This document shows positions 40,285-48,503 of a stretch of 59,631 nt of DNA, in pieces (the stretch's first letter is position 1; each line of letters starts with the position of its first letter). Source of the stretch: a virus. Lineage: Duplodnaviria > Heunggongvirae > Uroviricota > Caudoviricetes. The position numbers and the translations under genes were made by a program. The stretch spans positions 1 through 59,631 of IMG/VR virus record IMGVR_UViG_3300042991_000725. The stretch is one strand, 5' to 3'. The notes beneath the pieces are model-generated. The model ran no database searches and was not told the origin of the DNA. It saw nothing but the letters and a program-made list of their open reading frames with translations.

Positions 40285-41323
40285 GTTGAGAGAGATCATT
40301 TATGAAATTACCAGCTATTGTCAGAATGGCTGTGAATATTGTGGATCGAAAGAATACAGGGACATTGAAACAGACGAGAATCACATCAAGAGAATTATTG
40401 ATGCAATTGCCGACTATCCGCCAGAGGCTATAGACGTTTCTGGTGGCGACCCATTGGAAGTCTCTTATGACACACACAAATATTTAGTTGCTGAAATGAA
40501 TTCTCGTGGAGTTTGTTGCAAAATTCTCGTTAATCCGCTTTCGTTCAAACGAAACGAATACAACAACATAACCGACTTGTATAGCGTAGTAGGATGTTCT
40601 ATAAACAATGAAGCCGAATTAGCTGCTGCTGAGATGGTTAAGAAGATCGAAAAAACTATCATAACTAATTTCAATATGAGTAACATTTTTATGTTTGATG
40701 CAATATGCCAATATGTTGAGCATCGTTCTTTGGTGTGGCAAATCCAGCATACGATGTATCGTGACAAAGATAACAAGTCTGCTATTTATAATAGTGATGG
40801 AGCCATCAATTACTTGAGAGGAAAAATCGGCACGGCTATCAAATCCGGTATTCGTATTGTTGTTGCAGATAATGCAAATTGCGGATTGTGTGGTGCTGGA
40901 ACTTCATCTATAGGTATCAGGGCTAGTGGCGATATTGTTCCGTGTTTATCCATGGTGTCTTGGAACGACGAACCGTTTATTATAGGCAATGTTCTGGATT
41001 CTGGGTTGCTGTCCTTATGGCGTACAGGATTTGATAAATATAGATTCCATAGCTTTAGGTGCTGCAAGGATCATTGTGGCAATAGAACGATGGTGCCGTC
41101 GGTAGAACCTATTGAGTTTAATATTGAAAAAATACCAAACGCTAAGGAACGGGAACCTGTTACTCCGTCGTATCCACAGCCATGGATAGTCCAGCCTTAT
41201 AGAGTGCAGAGAGACCTCACGGTTTCGACATATGCTGTTTTTGATAGTAGAGATTATTATGGGAAAAATCCATCAGACTACAACCAAGACACCGGAGGCA
41301 AAAGTCATGAAGGTGAAGAATAG
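40265..41323 (+). CDS. Radical SAM/SPASM protein, splicease (PlpX/TIGR03913)-like, with Pro/Tyr-rich C-terminal tail
   Basis: YEIT..CQNGCEYCGS, SGGDPL, WQIQ, CGAGTSSIGI.ASGDIVPCLS, IGNV, C-terminal CCKDHC. Confidence 0.88.
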   Translation: MQRPVLKLREIIYEITSYCQNGCEYCGSKEYRDIETDENHIKRIIDAIADYPPEAIDVSGGDPLEVSYDTHKYLVAEMNSRGVCCKILVNPLSFKRNEYNNITDLYSVVGCSINNEAELAAAEMVKKIEKTIITNFNMSNIFMFDAICQYVEHRSLVWQIQHTMYRDKDNKSAIYNSDGAINYLRGKIGTAIKSGIRIVVADNANCGLCGAGTSSIGIRASGDIVPCLSMVSWNDEPFIIGNVLDSGLLSLWRTGFDKYRFHSFRCCKDHCGNRTMVPSVEPIEFNIEKIPNAKEREPVTPSYPQPWIVQPYRVQRDLTVSTYAVFDSRDYYGKNPSDYNQDTGGKSHEGEE

Positions 41324-41654
41324 GAGTGAAAATGTCGTAGATGTTCGAATTGAATCAATCGAGTCTGCTCTCAAATATTTGGGCAATATTAAAGTACCAG
41401 AAGGCAGCAAGGCGCGAGTTGAGTATACTGCCAAGACTAATTGCAAGAAGTGTTTTGGTACTGGCAAATTTGGTATAATGCTTGACAATAATAACGAGGT
41501 TTGTTGGTGTGATTGTTTGAGAAGGGGTGCCATACAAACCATTCCGCCAGAAGTTAAGTCCGATACCGTTCCTAACGCAGATGGGTCTATTGATCTGCCG
41601 GACATCAAAACAGAGGCCGAATTAAATAAGGAGGGATTCAGTGCCAAGATATGA
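41307..41654 (+). CDS. Hypothetical protein with DnaJ-like CxxCxGxG
   Basis: CKKCFGTG...CWCDC. Confidence 0.6.
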   Translation: MKVKNRSENVVDVRIESIESALKYLGNIKVPEGSKARVEYTAKTNCKKCFGTGKFGIMLDNNNEVCWCDCLRRGAIQTIPPEVKSDTVPNADGSIDLPDIKTEAELNKEGFSAKI

Positions 41655-41955
41655 CTATGTTTGCCCTAAATGTAACAACCGCGAAGAATATGTTCACAGC
41701 ATGAAGAAAAGGCCGAAGTTCTTATGCTCGGAGTGTAATGTTGCGATGGAGAAGCAGATAGGTATTGGGATAGCCACTAATGTAAAGAAGCATAAATTTT
41801 TTGGAGATTGGTACGAAAAGAATTTTCATAAGGATATCGCCGAAGGGACTGCGGACAAGATGAAACTTACAAAGGAACGATTGGACAAACATCGGTCGAA
41901 TGCGCATAAAATCCATAACCATAAAGAGAAGGAGATTAAATCACATGGCATTTAA
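41641..41955 (+). CDS. FmdB-family zinc-ribbon protein
   Basis: MPRYDYVCPKC...CSEC. Confidence 0.8.
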   Translation: MPRYDYVCPKCNNREEYVHSMKKRPKFLCSECNVAMEKQIGIGIATNVKKHKFFGDWYEKNFHKDIAEGTADKMKLTKERLDKHRSNAHKIHNHKEKEIKSHGI

Positions 41956-42493
41956 GAGAACAACTACAGCGGAGGCGGCTAGATGGCAACGTGGGGACAA
42001 GATTGTATATATTGGAAAGGCTGAATATCTTTGTTCGAAGGTTGTCGATAAGGCCAATTGTCCACGTAGTGATATTGAAAACCTAAGGCAGTGCGGGACT
42101 TGCATTTATGCAGCCGATTTGAATCCAAACGCCGTTTATCATGTAGACAGTGTTGTTTTAAAAGATAATAATGACCACAACGACAATTGTTTTTGCCGTT
42201 TATGCTCTGCTCCTGTGAAAATTAAGCTTAAAGAATTCCCTAAGTTGTCTATTGAAACCATAAAGTTTAGGCACGCCGATGCGAAGGTCAGTGTCGGAGA
42301 AGTCGCTCCTGTTGTCCAGGGTAAAAAGAAGCGTGGCCGTCCTCGCAAAAACGATGTTGTTGTTAAAAGCGAAGAGTCGGTTGTTGTTATTAGCGAGAGT
42401 AAAAAAATAGTCAAGGAGGAATACAACAGGCTACTTGAAGAGCGCAAGCGGTTGGATGACCGTATTGCAGTATTGGAAGCGCAGTTGGAATAA
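41945..42493 (+). CDS. Cys-rich protein with AT-hook-like motif and C-terminal coiled coil
   Basis: Several Cys pairs; KKRGRPRK. Confidence 0.65.
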   Translation: MAFKRTTTAEAARWQRGDKIVYIGKAEYLCSKVVDKANCPRSDIENLRQCGTCIYAADLNPNAVYHVDSVVLKDNNDHNDNCFCRLCSAPVKIKLKEFPKLSIETIKFRHADAKVSVGEVAPVVQGKKKRGRPRKNDVVVKSEESVVVISESKKIVKEEYNRLLEERKRLDDRIAVLEAQLE

Positions 42494-42503
42494 ATTGAAG
42501 CGC

Positions 42504-42595
42504 GGCGTAGCGGCGAAAGCTGATTGGACACATCAATGCACCGAGGCCATGTGTTATGCTCTAGAAAGCGAGATTAGAGGCTTCTGCCTACGCCA
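42504..42595 (+). ncRNA. Candidate structured RNA / cis-regulatory element upstream of dnaE C-terminal gene
   Basis: Perfect closing stem GGCGTAG/CTACGCC, GAAA-tetraloop hairpin, further internal stems; about 55% GC by hand count in an AT-rich genome; SD follows immediately. Confidence 0.45.
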
Positions 42596-42610
42596 TTTTA
42601 AGGATAGACT

Positions 42611-44116
42611 ATGAAGGATTTTTCTGACGAAGTCATTATTAACGACCCGGAAGTGTATAAGTTGATTAGCCGTGGCGAAACTGGCCTTGTTTTCCAGTTG
42701 AATTCACCCATTGGCAAGAAGTACAGCAAATTGGTCAAGCCACAGAACATTGAAGAACTATCAATGCTTGTTGCGTTGACTCGCCCTAACGTACTGAATG
42801 CCGGATTAGATAAAGATTTTATATCGGTGCGTAATGGCGAACGTCAACCAATATATCCAGATCCAAGATTAGAAAAGATATTAGGTCAAACATATGGCAT
42901 TTCTTTGTATCAAGAACAAATTATAACATTGGGCAAAGAGGTCGCAGGATTCAGTGAAGTAGAGGCTGATTGGTTAAGACATGCTATGGGCAAAAAAGAT
43001 AGAGATGTTATGAAAAAACTACGAAGAAAGTTTTTGGAGGGTGGTATCAAAAACAAATATTCGCTTATAAGCCTTATGACTATTTGGCGCAAATACATTA
43101 AAGCTGCATCTTCGTATGTTTTCAATAAAAGTCACGCTACAGTATACGCTTACAACTCTGCGCGTACTGCATACTTCTGTGCCCATTATCCACTAGAATT
43201 TATTTGCTCCAATCTTATTCATTCTGACGGTGATTTAGAAGAAATAAAAAAGATAATCAATGTTGCCGCATCGTTTGGCATTTCAATTAAGCTGCCGAAC
43301 ATAAAGAAATCCGGCATAGACTTTACAATTGATAAAACCGCCAATTCTATTTTGTTTGGATTGAAGCACATTAAGGGTATAGGCAAATCGGTTCTTCCCA
43401 AAATAAAGAATATTGTTAACTACGTGGGGATCGACAAGCTTTTAGTGTATGAGGCGTTTCATTCTACAATAAATAAGACTGTTATGAATGCGCTGATTTT
43501 TAGTGGGGCTTTCGATTGTTTAGACAGCAACAGGTGCCGCAATTCCAACGCATACAATTTGCTCCTTGAATTCAGTGAGCGCGAAGGAAATATTATGTTA
43601 GACATGTGGCATGACAGCTCTTCTGTACGGAGTTTGGTTAATGGATTTGTTGAGCATTGCAAGATGACGCATGACGTTAACAAAAACAGGATGGTCAAAA
43701 TTATAGAGTTACAGAATAGATTAAATGCTTTTTATGAGCTTAAGGAAAATTTCAACGAGATCATACTTAAAGAACGCGGATGTCTTGGTATTTCCTTAAC
43801 TGGCTGTGAAACAGATACTTATGATATAGACTGCAATTTGTGCCTTGATTTGAAAACAAGGGCAAATCGTGATACTATAAGGCTTTGTGTTCTTATTGAT
43901 GATGTCCGCTCTATCAAAACAAAGAAGGGCGATATGATGGCTTTTATAAGGGGGTTTGATTCATCTGGAAGCGTTGATTTCGTTTTTTTCCCACAACTAT
44001 GGGGGGAGTATAAGGATAGATTCGTAAAGGGGTCAATATTATACATTACTGGTACTGTAGAAAAGTCTCGTGGCGAAAATGTTATAGCCAATAAGATTAG
44101 GATAGTTAAAAAATAA
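42611..44116 (+). CDS. dnaE: DNA polymerase III alpha subunit, C-terminal half (fingers, HhH, OB fold)
   Basis: NDPEVY.LI..GET..VFQL.S, ALTRP, YQEQI, AD.LR.AMGKK, YVFNKSHA, YPLEF, GLKHIKGIG, KTKKGDMMAF. Confidence 0.96.
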   Translation: MKDFSDEVIINDPEVYKLISRGETGLVFQLNSPIGKKYSKLVKPQNIEELSMLVALTRPNVLNAGLDKDFISVRNGERQPIYPDPRLEKILGQTYGISLYQEQIITLGKEVAGFSEVEADWLRHAMGKKDRDVMKKLRRKFLEGGIKNKYSLISLMTIWRKYIKAASSYVFNKSHATVYAYNSARTAYFCAHYPLEFICSNLIHSDGDLEEIKKIINVAASFGISIKLPNIKKSGIDFTIDKTANSILFGLKHIKGIGKSVLPKIKNIVNYVGIDKLLVYEAFHSTINKTVMNALIFSGAFDCLDSNRCRNSNAYNLLLEFSEREGNIMLDMWHDSSSVRSLVNGFVEHCKMTHDVNKNRMVKIIELQNRLNAFYELKENFNEIILKERGCLGISLTGCETDTYDIDCNLCLDLKTRANRDTIRLCVLIDDVRSIKTKKGDMMAFIRGFDSSGSVDFVFFPQLWGEYKDRFVKGSILYITGTVEKSRGENVIANKIRIVKK

Positions 44117-44193
44117 TTTTTACGACAGTATTGCAACGCCTATTCTATCTATATAATTGTGGAGTTAACATCACTGTCAAGGAGGATTTTCGC

Positions 44194-44538
44194 ATGGGCG
44201 ATGAAAATGCTATTATTCTGAAGGGGCGAGTGGCTGGCGGTGTTTTTTTGAATGACGCTAATGGCACTTCGGTTATCAATTTTATCTTGGTCACAAATAG
44301 AATCTATAAGAAGAAGAATGGGGAGAAGGTAGATGAGGCTACCTATGTGCCCATTGAAGCCTGGGGAGTGGTTGCGGAAGATGCCCATAAGGTTCTTGAG
44401 AATAAAAAAACGGTGCTCATTAATGGCAGGCTTAAGCAGGACCGCTGGAAGGATAAAGAGGGCAACGATAGGTCGAAACTCAAGGTCGTTATAGAGAACT
44501 TCAAGGTTATCGATAGGGTCTATCATGAAGGTGAATGA
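44194..44538 (+). CDS. ssb: Single-stranded DNA-binding protein (OB fold, no acidic tail)
   Basis: N..ILKGR, VINFILVTNR.Y, IEAWG..AE, GRL.QD.W.DK.G..RS. Confidence 0.93.
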   Translation: MGDENAIILKGRVAGGVFLNDANGTSVINFILVTNRIYKKKNGEKVDEATYVPIEAWGVVAEDAHKVLENKKTVLINGRLKQDRWKDKEGNDRSKLKVVIENFKVIDRVYHEGE

Positions 44539-44728
44539 AAACTTTATAACTCTAAATGGAGCAGAAGGGCAGATGGCCCTGAATATTTCATGTATAGAAG
44601 CTATTATCGCTAAGTCTCCTTCGTCCGCAGTCATTGTCTCTACAAGTGGCAATAAGGTGATGTTGCAGATGTCGTTTGCCGAAGTAATGGCGGCTATGAC
44701 ACAAGGAGATGGTTGTGGGAAAAAATAG
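44525..44728 (+). CDS. Small hypothetical protein
   Basis: ORF overlapping both neighbours. Confidence 0.6.
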   Translation: MKVNENFITLNGAEGQMALNISCIEAIIAKSPSSAVIVSTSGNKVMLQMSFAEVMAAMTQGDGCGKK

Positions 44729-46391
44729 AAAAATAAAGCTGTTGTTTAGCAACGAGGGGAGCTGTCTTGAAACCGGCTTTTCTAAAATTGGCCGGGAAAT
44801 GATGTATATTCTTCATGATATGGGTTGTTATGATATTGTTGAACTTGCAAGTTATGTCGGTGAAGGTGATAAGCGTATTGAAAAATTCCCTTGGCGTATT
44901 TATCCAGTAGTGCCCCCCAGAGGGACATCTGCCTACAAACAGTACGAAAGGCAGTTTAAAGTTGCACAATTTGGCGCATTGCGTTTTAATAGCGTTATGG
45001 TCATTGAAAAAGTGGATTTTTGCGTGGACATTCGTGATTTTTGGATGTTGAACCATATTTTCCAGAGTCCGTATCGTAATAATTTCCGATTTGTTATTCG
45101 TCCTCCAGTAGATGGTGAGCCGCAAGATGAAGAATGGATACATTGTTTTAAGACTGCGGATGTTGTTTTTTCGCATAGTCGGTGGGGTAAGAAAATTCTT
45201 GAATCAGAAGGGGTTAAGGTAGATGGCATTCTCTATGGGTGTATCAATTCTGATAATTTTAAACCCTTGAATAAAATAGAGATGCGTAAGAAATACAAGC
45301 TTCAGCCAGATCTTAAGATTATTCTTAGCGTTATGCGCAATCAAGCCAGAAAACAGTTTCCAGAGTTGCTCCAAGCATATGCGTTGTTTAAGAAGAAGTA
45401 TCCAGAAACTTTTGAGCACTCTGTACTTTTGCTCCACACTTCATATCCGGATACAATGGGATGGGATCTGCCCCAACTTTTGCGAAGATATGGTCTTGTT
45501 TCCGATGTTATTTTTACCAATTATTGTTTGGAGTGTGGCAAGCCTTCAGTAACATTTCTGCAAAAGGATTATCACAGGAATAATAAAAATATTTGTTTCC
45601 ATTGTGATAAATACAGCGCAGTCTTCCCAAGTACAAATAGGGGAGTAAGCGAACAGGAATTGAACGAGATATATAATCTGGCAGATCTTTATGTTCAATT
45701 GGCTGGTGGAGAGGGGTCTGGCCTTCCAGCTATAGAAGCTAAAGCCACAGGCCTTCCCGTTATTTGTTGTCCATACAGTGCTATGGAAGATCACGTGCTC
45801 GATCCGGGCGGTATCGGGTTGAAGATTAAAGGCTACTATGTTGACTGGCCACAAATGATCAATAGGGTCTTGCCAGACATTGAAGACTTGGCAGCCAAAT
45901 TTGATTGGTTCTTTAAGTTGTCCAAAGAAGAGCGCATTGCAGTAGGCAAGCCGGGTATTGATTTTGTAAAGAACAACTATAATTACAAGTTGATCACTCA
46001 ACGATTCCACGAAGTGCTCCAGAACACTCCATTGCTTGATAGATCACAGACTTGGGATGCACCAATGCTTGATTTATCGGCATATAAGAGTGTGAATGAA
46101 AAAGACGAACGGCCAGATATAGACAATTATTCATTTGTCGAGTACTTATACAAGCGTATATTTAATCGTCAGCCCGAAAAGTATGGAATGATGAAAGAGT
46201 ATTTGGACGCACTCAATACCGGCAAAATGAAACGGTCTCAAATAGCACTTCAGTTAAAGCATGTTGCTGAACTTATGTGTAAATTGGAAATGCTTAGGGT
46301 GGGTGCTATTAAGAGTCCATCGAATATTAATAAGGACTTAGACGATATCGCTGAAATAGCCCAAAAACACAAGGTTATTAAAATTTTATAG
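44709..46391 (+). CDS. GT-B (family 4-like) glycosyltransferase with Zn-finger insert and DUF4214-like C-terminus
   Basis: TGFSKIG, MRNQ.RKQ, LNEIYN.ADLYV....GEGSGLP.IEA.A.G.PVI; CLEC...CFHC; FVEYLYKRIFNRQPE. Confidence 0.9.
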   Translation: MVVGKNRKIKLLFSNEGSCLETGFSKIGREMMYILHDMGCYDIVELASYVGEGDKRIEKFPWRIYPVVPPRGTSAYKQYERQFKVAQFGALRFNSVMVIEKVDFCVDIRDFWMLNHIFQSPYRNNFRFVIRPPVDGEPQDEEWIHCFKTADVVFSHSRWGKKILESEGVKVDGILYGCINSDNFKPLNKIEMRKKYKLQPDLKIILSVMRNQARKQFPELLQAYALFKKKYPETFEHSVLLLHTSYPDTMGWDLPQLLRRYGLVSDVIFTNYCLECGKPSVTFLQKDYHRNNKNICFHCDKYSAVFPSTNRGVSEQELNEIYNLADLYVQLAGGEGSGLPAIEAKATGLPVICCPYSAMEDHVLDPGGIGLKIKGYYVDWPQMINRVLPDIEDLAAKFDWFFKLSKEERIAVGKPGIDFVKNNYNYKLITQRFHEVLQNTPLLDRSQTWDAPMLDLSAYKSVNEKDERPDIDNYSFVEYLYKRIFNRQPEKYGMMKEYLDALNTGKMKRSQIALQLKHVAELMCKLEMLRVGAIKSPSNINKDLDDIAEIAQKHKVIKIL

Positions 46392-46400
46392 GAGGCAACT

Positions 46401-46676
46401 GTGTATAAAAAATTAAATATAGATCCATCACAAGTGAAAGAGATGTATGAAAAGCAGCTTATGAGTTGTGAGGCTATTGCTAAAAAGCTTGGTTGTACCA
46501 AGTCTACTATTTTTAGGATTCTTTGCAGAGCAGGAGTACAACGGCGCACTTATAACAAAGCACAACTTGCCTATCTTATGCATCACACACCGCAGCACAC
46601 TGGCGTACCAATGACCGCTGTTACAAAAGAAAAGATACGAGTCGGTCTAAAACTTTGGAAGGAGATGAATTTATGA
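46401..46676 (+). CDS. HTH protein with NUMOD3-like tail
   Basis: SCEAIAKKLGCTKSTI HTH; HTGVPMTAVTKEKI. Confidence 0.65.
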   Translation: MYKKLNIDPSQVKEMYEKQLMSCEAIAKKLGCTKSTIFRILCRAGVQRRTYNKAQLAYLMHHTPQHTGVPMTAVTKEKIRVGLKLWKEMNL

Positions 46677-47446
46677 ATAAGAGTGAAAGAAGCATTGTGG
46701 TCAAACAGATTTTGAAGTACTCCAAGTTTACGGAAGAACAGCTTGAACCAGAGCCGGACAAGAAGTTGCTTAATATGCTCAATGATTTGATGGCCGATGA
46801 AGCGACAGCAGCTACCGTTCTTGGGACCGCAGGAGTTGACGAGTCTGACATGAAGGCTGTTGCAGAAGTCAGTTATGGATGCACTATAGATTTTAATGCA
46901 ATGCTTCCAGAGGCCGCATTTATTAAAGACAGGGGCCAGATATTTGTACGCCTTAAAGACCTTTATGATTTAGCTTATACCAAGATCGGGATTAAGAACT
47001 TGGATTCTATTGTCATACAGAGTCCTACTAAAGAGAATGGCGGAGTGGCTGTTTTGACTGTCAGAGTCGCATTTAATGATGGCACTTCTGTTGCTTGTTC
47101 TGCTGATGCGCATCCAGGGAATATTAATGAGCAATTCAAGAAGTACCCTACTGCGATCGCAGAGAGTCGAGCTTTGAGCAGGGTGCTAATCAAGAAGATG
47201 AACATCAAGTACAATGCCATTGAAGAGACTGACGCGGCGACTCCAGATATTTCTGACAATCCAATTGTTGATAGCCAAAAGGTTGTACTAGACAAATTGC
47301 TTGGTGATCGTCAAATAACGTGGGAAACATGTCGCAAAGAAATACTAGATAGCGTTTATGATGGGGTAGAAGTCGATGATTTAAAACATAAGGATGTAAT
47401 CGCATTGTTCGAAGCAATACAGAAAATTAAAATCAACAAGGGATAG
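46673..47446 (+). CDS. Rad52/Sak-like single-strand annealing protein
   Basis: FVRLKDL..LA, VRVAF.DG....SADA...N......P.AIAESRAL.R.L. Confidence 0.6.
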   Translation: MNKSERSIVVKQILKYSKFTEEQLEPEPDKKLLNMLNDLMADEATAATVLGTAGVDESDMKAVAEVSYGCTIDFNAMLPEAAFIKDRGQIFVRLKDLYDLAYTKIGIKNLDSIVIQSPTKENGGVAVLTVRVAFNDGTSVACSADAHPGNINEQFKKYPTAIAESRALSRVLIKKMNIKYNAIEETDAATPDISDNPIVDSQKVVLDKLLGDRQITWETCRKEILDSVYDGVEVDDLKHKDVIALFEAIQKIKINKG

Positions 47447-47451
47447 AAAGA

Positions 47452-47922
47452 ATGAAGAAAAATACAAAGAAACGTATTGCTAAAAATGTTAAAAACAATG
47501 CTGACAATTTTCGTGTTAATCTTGAATATATTGATGGTCATAGGTGGGACATTTTATCCTATCTTATTAAATCAATCCTTTATAATTATGGAATATCTAA
47601 ACATATAGAGTTTAAAGAAACTGTTGGTTCAAATCACAATAAAAATATAGAATTTTATATAAAAAACATCGATGGAAATCCTGTTTTTAAACGATTTAGT
47701 CGCACAAACGAAACAGATAGTGAAGAAGTTTGTTGTAGGAAGCATTGTGAAAAATCTTTGGGCAAGGCGGCTTTAGAAGATCTTATTGGTGTTATAAGAT
47801 GTTCTATATGTGGGAATATCAGGTGCCAGAAGTCTCAAGATTGCTCACTAGATTGTGATGTTGACAAATATCCTCATAATATCAATAATTTATTCAAAGA
47901 TGGAATTGATAATAAGGACTGA
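47452..47922 (+). CDS. Hypothetical protein with C-terminal Cys cluster
   Basis: CCRKHC, CSICG..RC....DC...C. Confidence 0.6.
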   Translation: MKKNTKKRIAKNVKNNADNFRVNLEYIDGHRWDILSYLIKSILYNYGISKHIEFKETVGSNHNKNIEFYIKNIDGNPVFKRFSRTNETDSEEVCCRKHCEKSLGKAALEDLIGVIRCSICGNIRCQKSQDCSLDCDVDKYPHNINNLFKDGIDNKD

Positions 47923-48020
47923 AATGTTAAAGAATACAGAGGAAAATGTGGGAGCCTATCCTATTGAAAGTTAGGGGCTTGATTTATTGGTAAAAATTCA
48001 TCTATTTACGGAGTTAAATA

Positions 48021-48503
48021 ATGGAAGAGATAAAAATGGGAAATGGAAAACCTGTTGTGTTTCAAAATGGCATTAATTTTTATAGAGCAAATAAGTCTGG
48101 AACCGGCTCGGCTTGTCAGATGAGCATGTTTTTTCGTACACAAAAAGAACGCGAAGGAGTTGAGAGTCTTGATGGTTGCATTTTTATAGAAATGGCAAAA
48201 CAGTTAAGCGGAGAAAAGAAATTCGATTGGGATAAGAAGTTAATGGTGGCCTTCGGCATCAATGATATTGTATTCATTTGGGATTTTATACTATCTAAAG
48301 ATGTTGAGCGTAAAACCATGCATAAATATAACAACAACATTACGAACATTGGCCTCAAGCGCATGGAAGATGGAGCTATATATCTATCACTTAATAAAAA
48401 GGTTGGCGAAAATAACGTAAATATTGGCATCCCTATTAGCAAGGGCGAAATGCGATTGCTTGATACATTCTTCCATGTCTTCTTGGAGAAATATTATGCC
48501 TAA
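48021..48503 (+). CDS. Whirly-like ssDNA-binding protein
   Basis: IFIEMA...FDWDKK...FGINDI and NIGIPISKGEMRLL parallel plant Whirly motifs LLQFAP...YDWSRKQVFSLSVTEI and NIYIPVTKAEF (from memory). Confidence 0.6.
   Translation: MEEIKMGNGKPVVFQNGINFYRANKSGTGSACQMSMFFRTQKEREGVESLDGCIFIEMAKQLSGEKKFDWDKKLMVAFGINDIVFIWDFILSKDVERKTMHKYNNNITNIGLKRMEDGAIYLSLNKKVGENNVNIGIPISKGEMRLLDTFFHVFLEKYYA

Noticed and set aside
42504-42595. tRNA, group I/II intron fragment, hammerhead ribozyme or glycine riboswitch
   Set aside because: No T-loop or anticodon arm, no pairing domain V stem, no CUGAUGA core, and the glycine-aptamer P3 partner is missing.
37240-42625. AAGGAT direct repeat at both dnaE break points as an excision site (joining gives in-frame MIKD-FSDE)
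   Set aside because: Only 6-8 bp, doubles as an SD-like sequence, no recombinase in the window, and the joined loop would be shorter than usual. Kept only as a PCR control.
35439-44116. Split intein in dnaE
   Set aside because: No Cys/Ser-initiated intein N-fragment or His-Asn C-fragment at either end.
24234-44157. TATCTATATA motif at 24234 and 44146 as a middle promoter
   Set aside because: Only two low-complexity AT-rich copies; the TTGCAA-TATAAT pair at 44131 has a 15-nt spacer, so support is weak.
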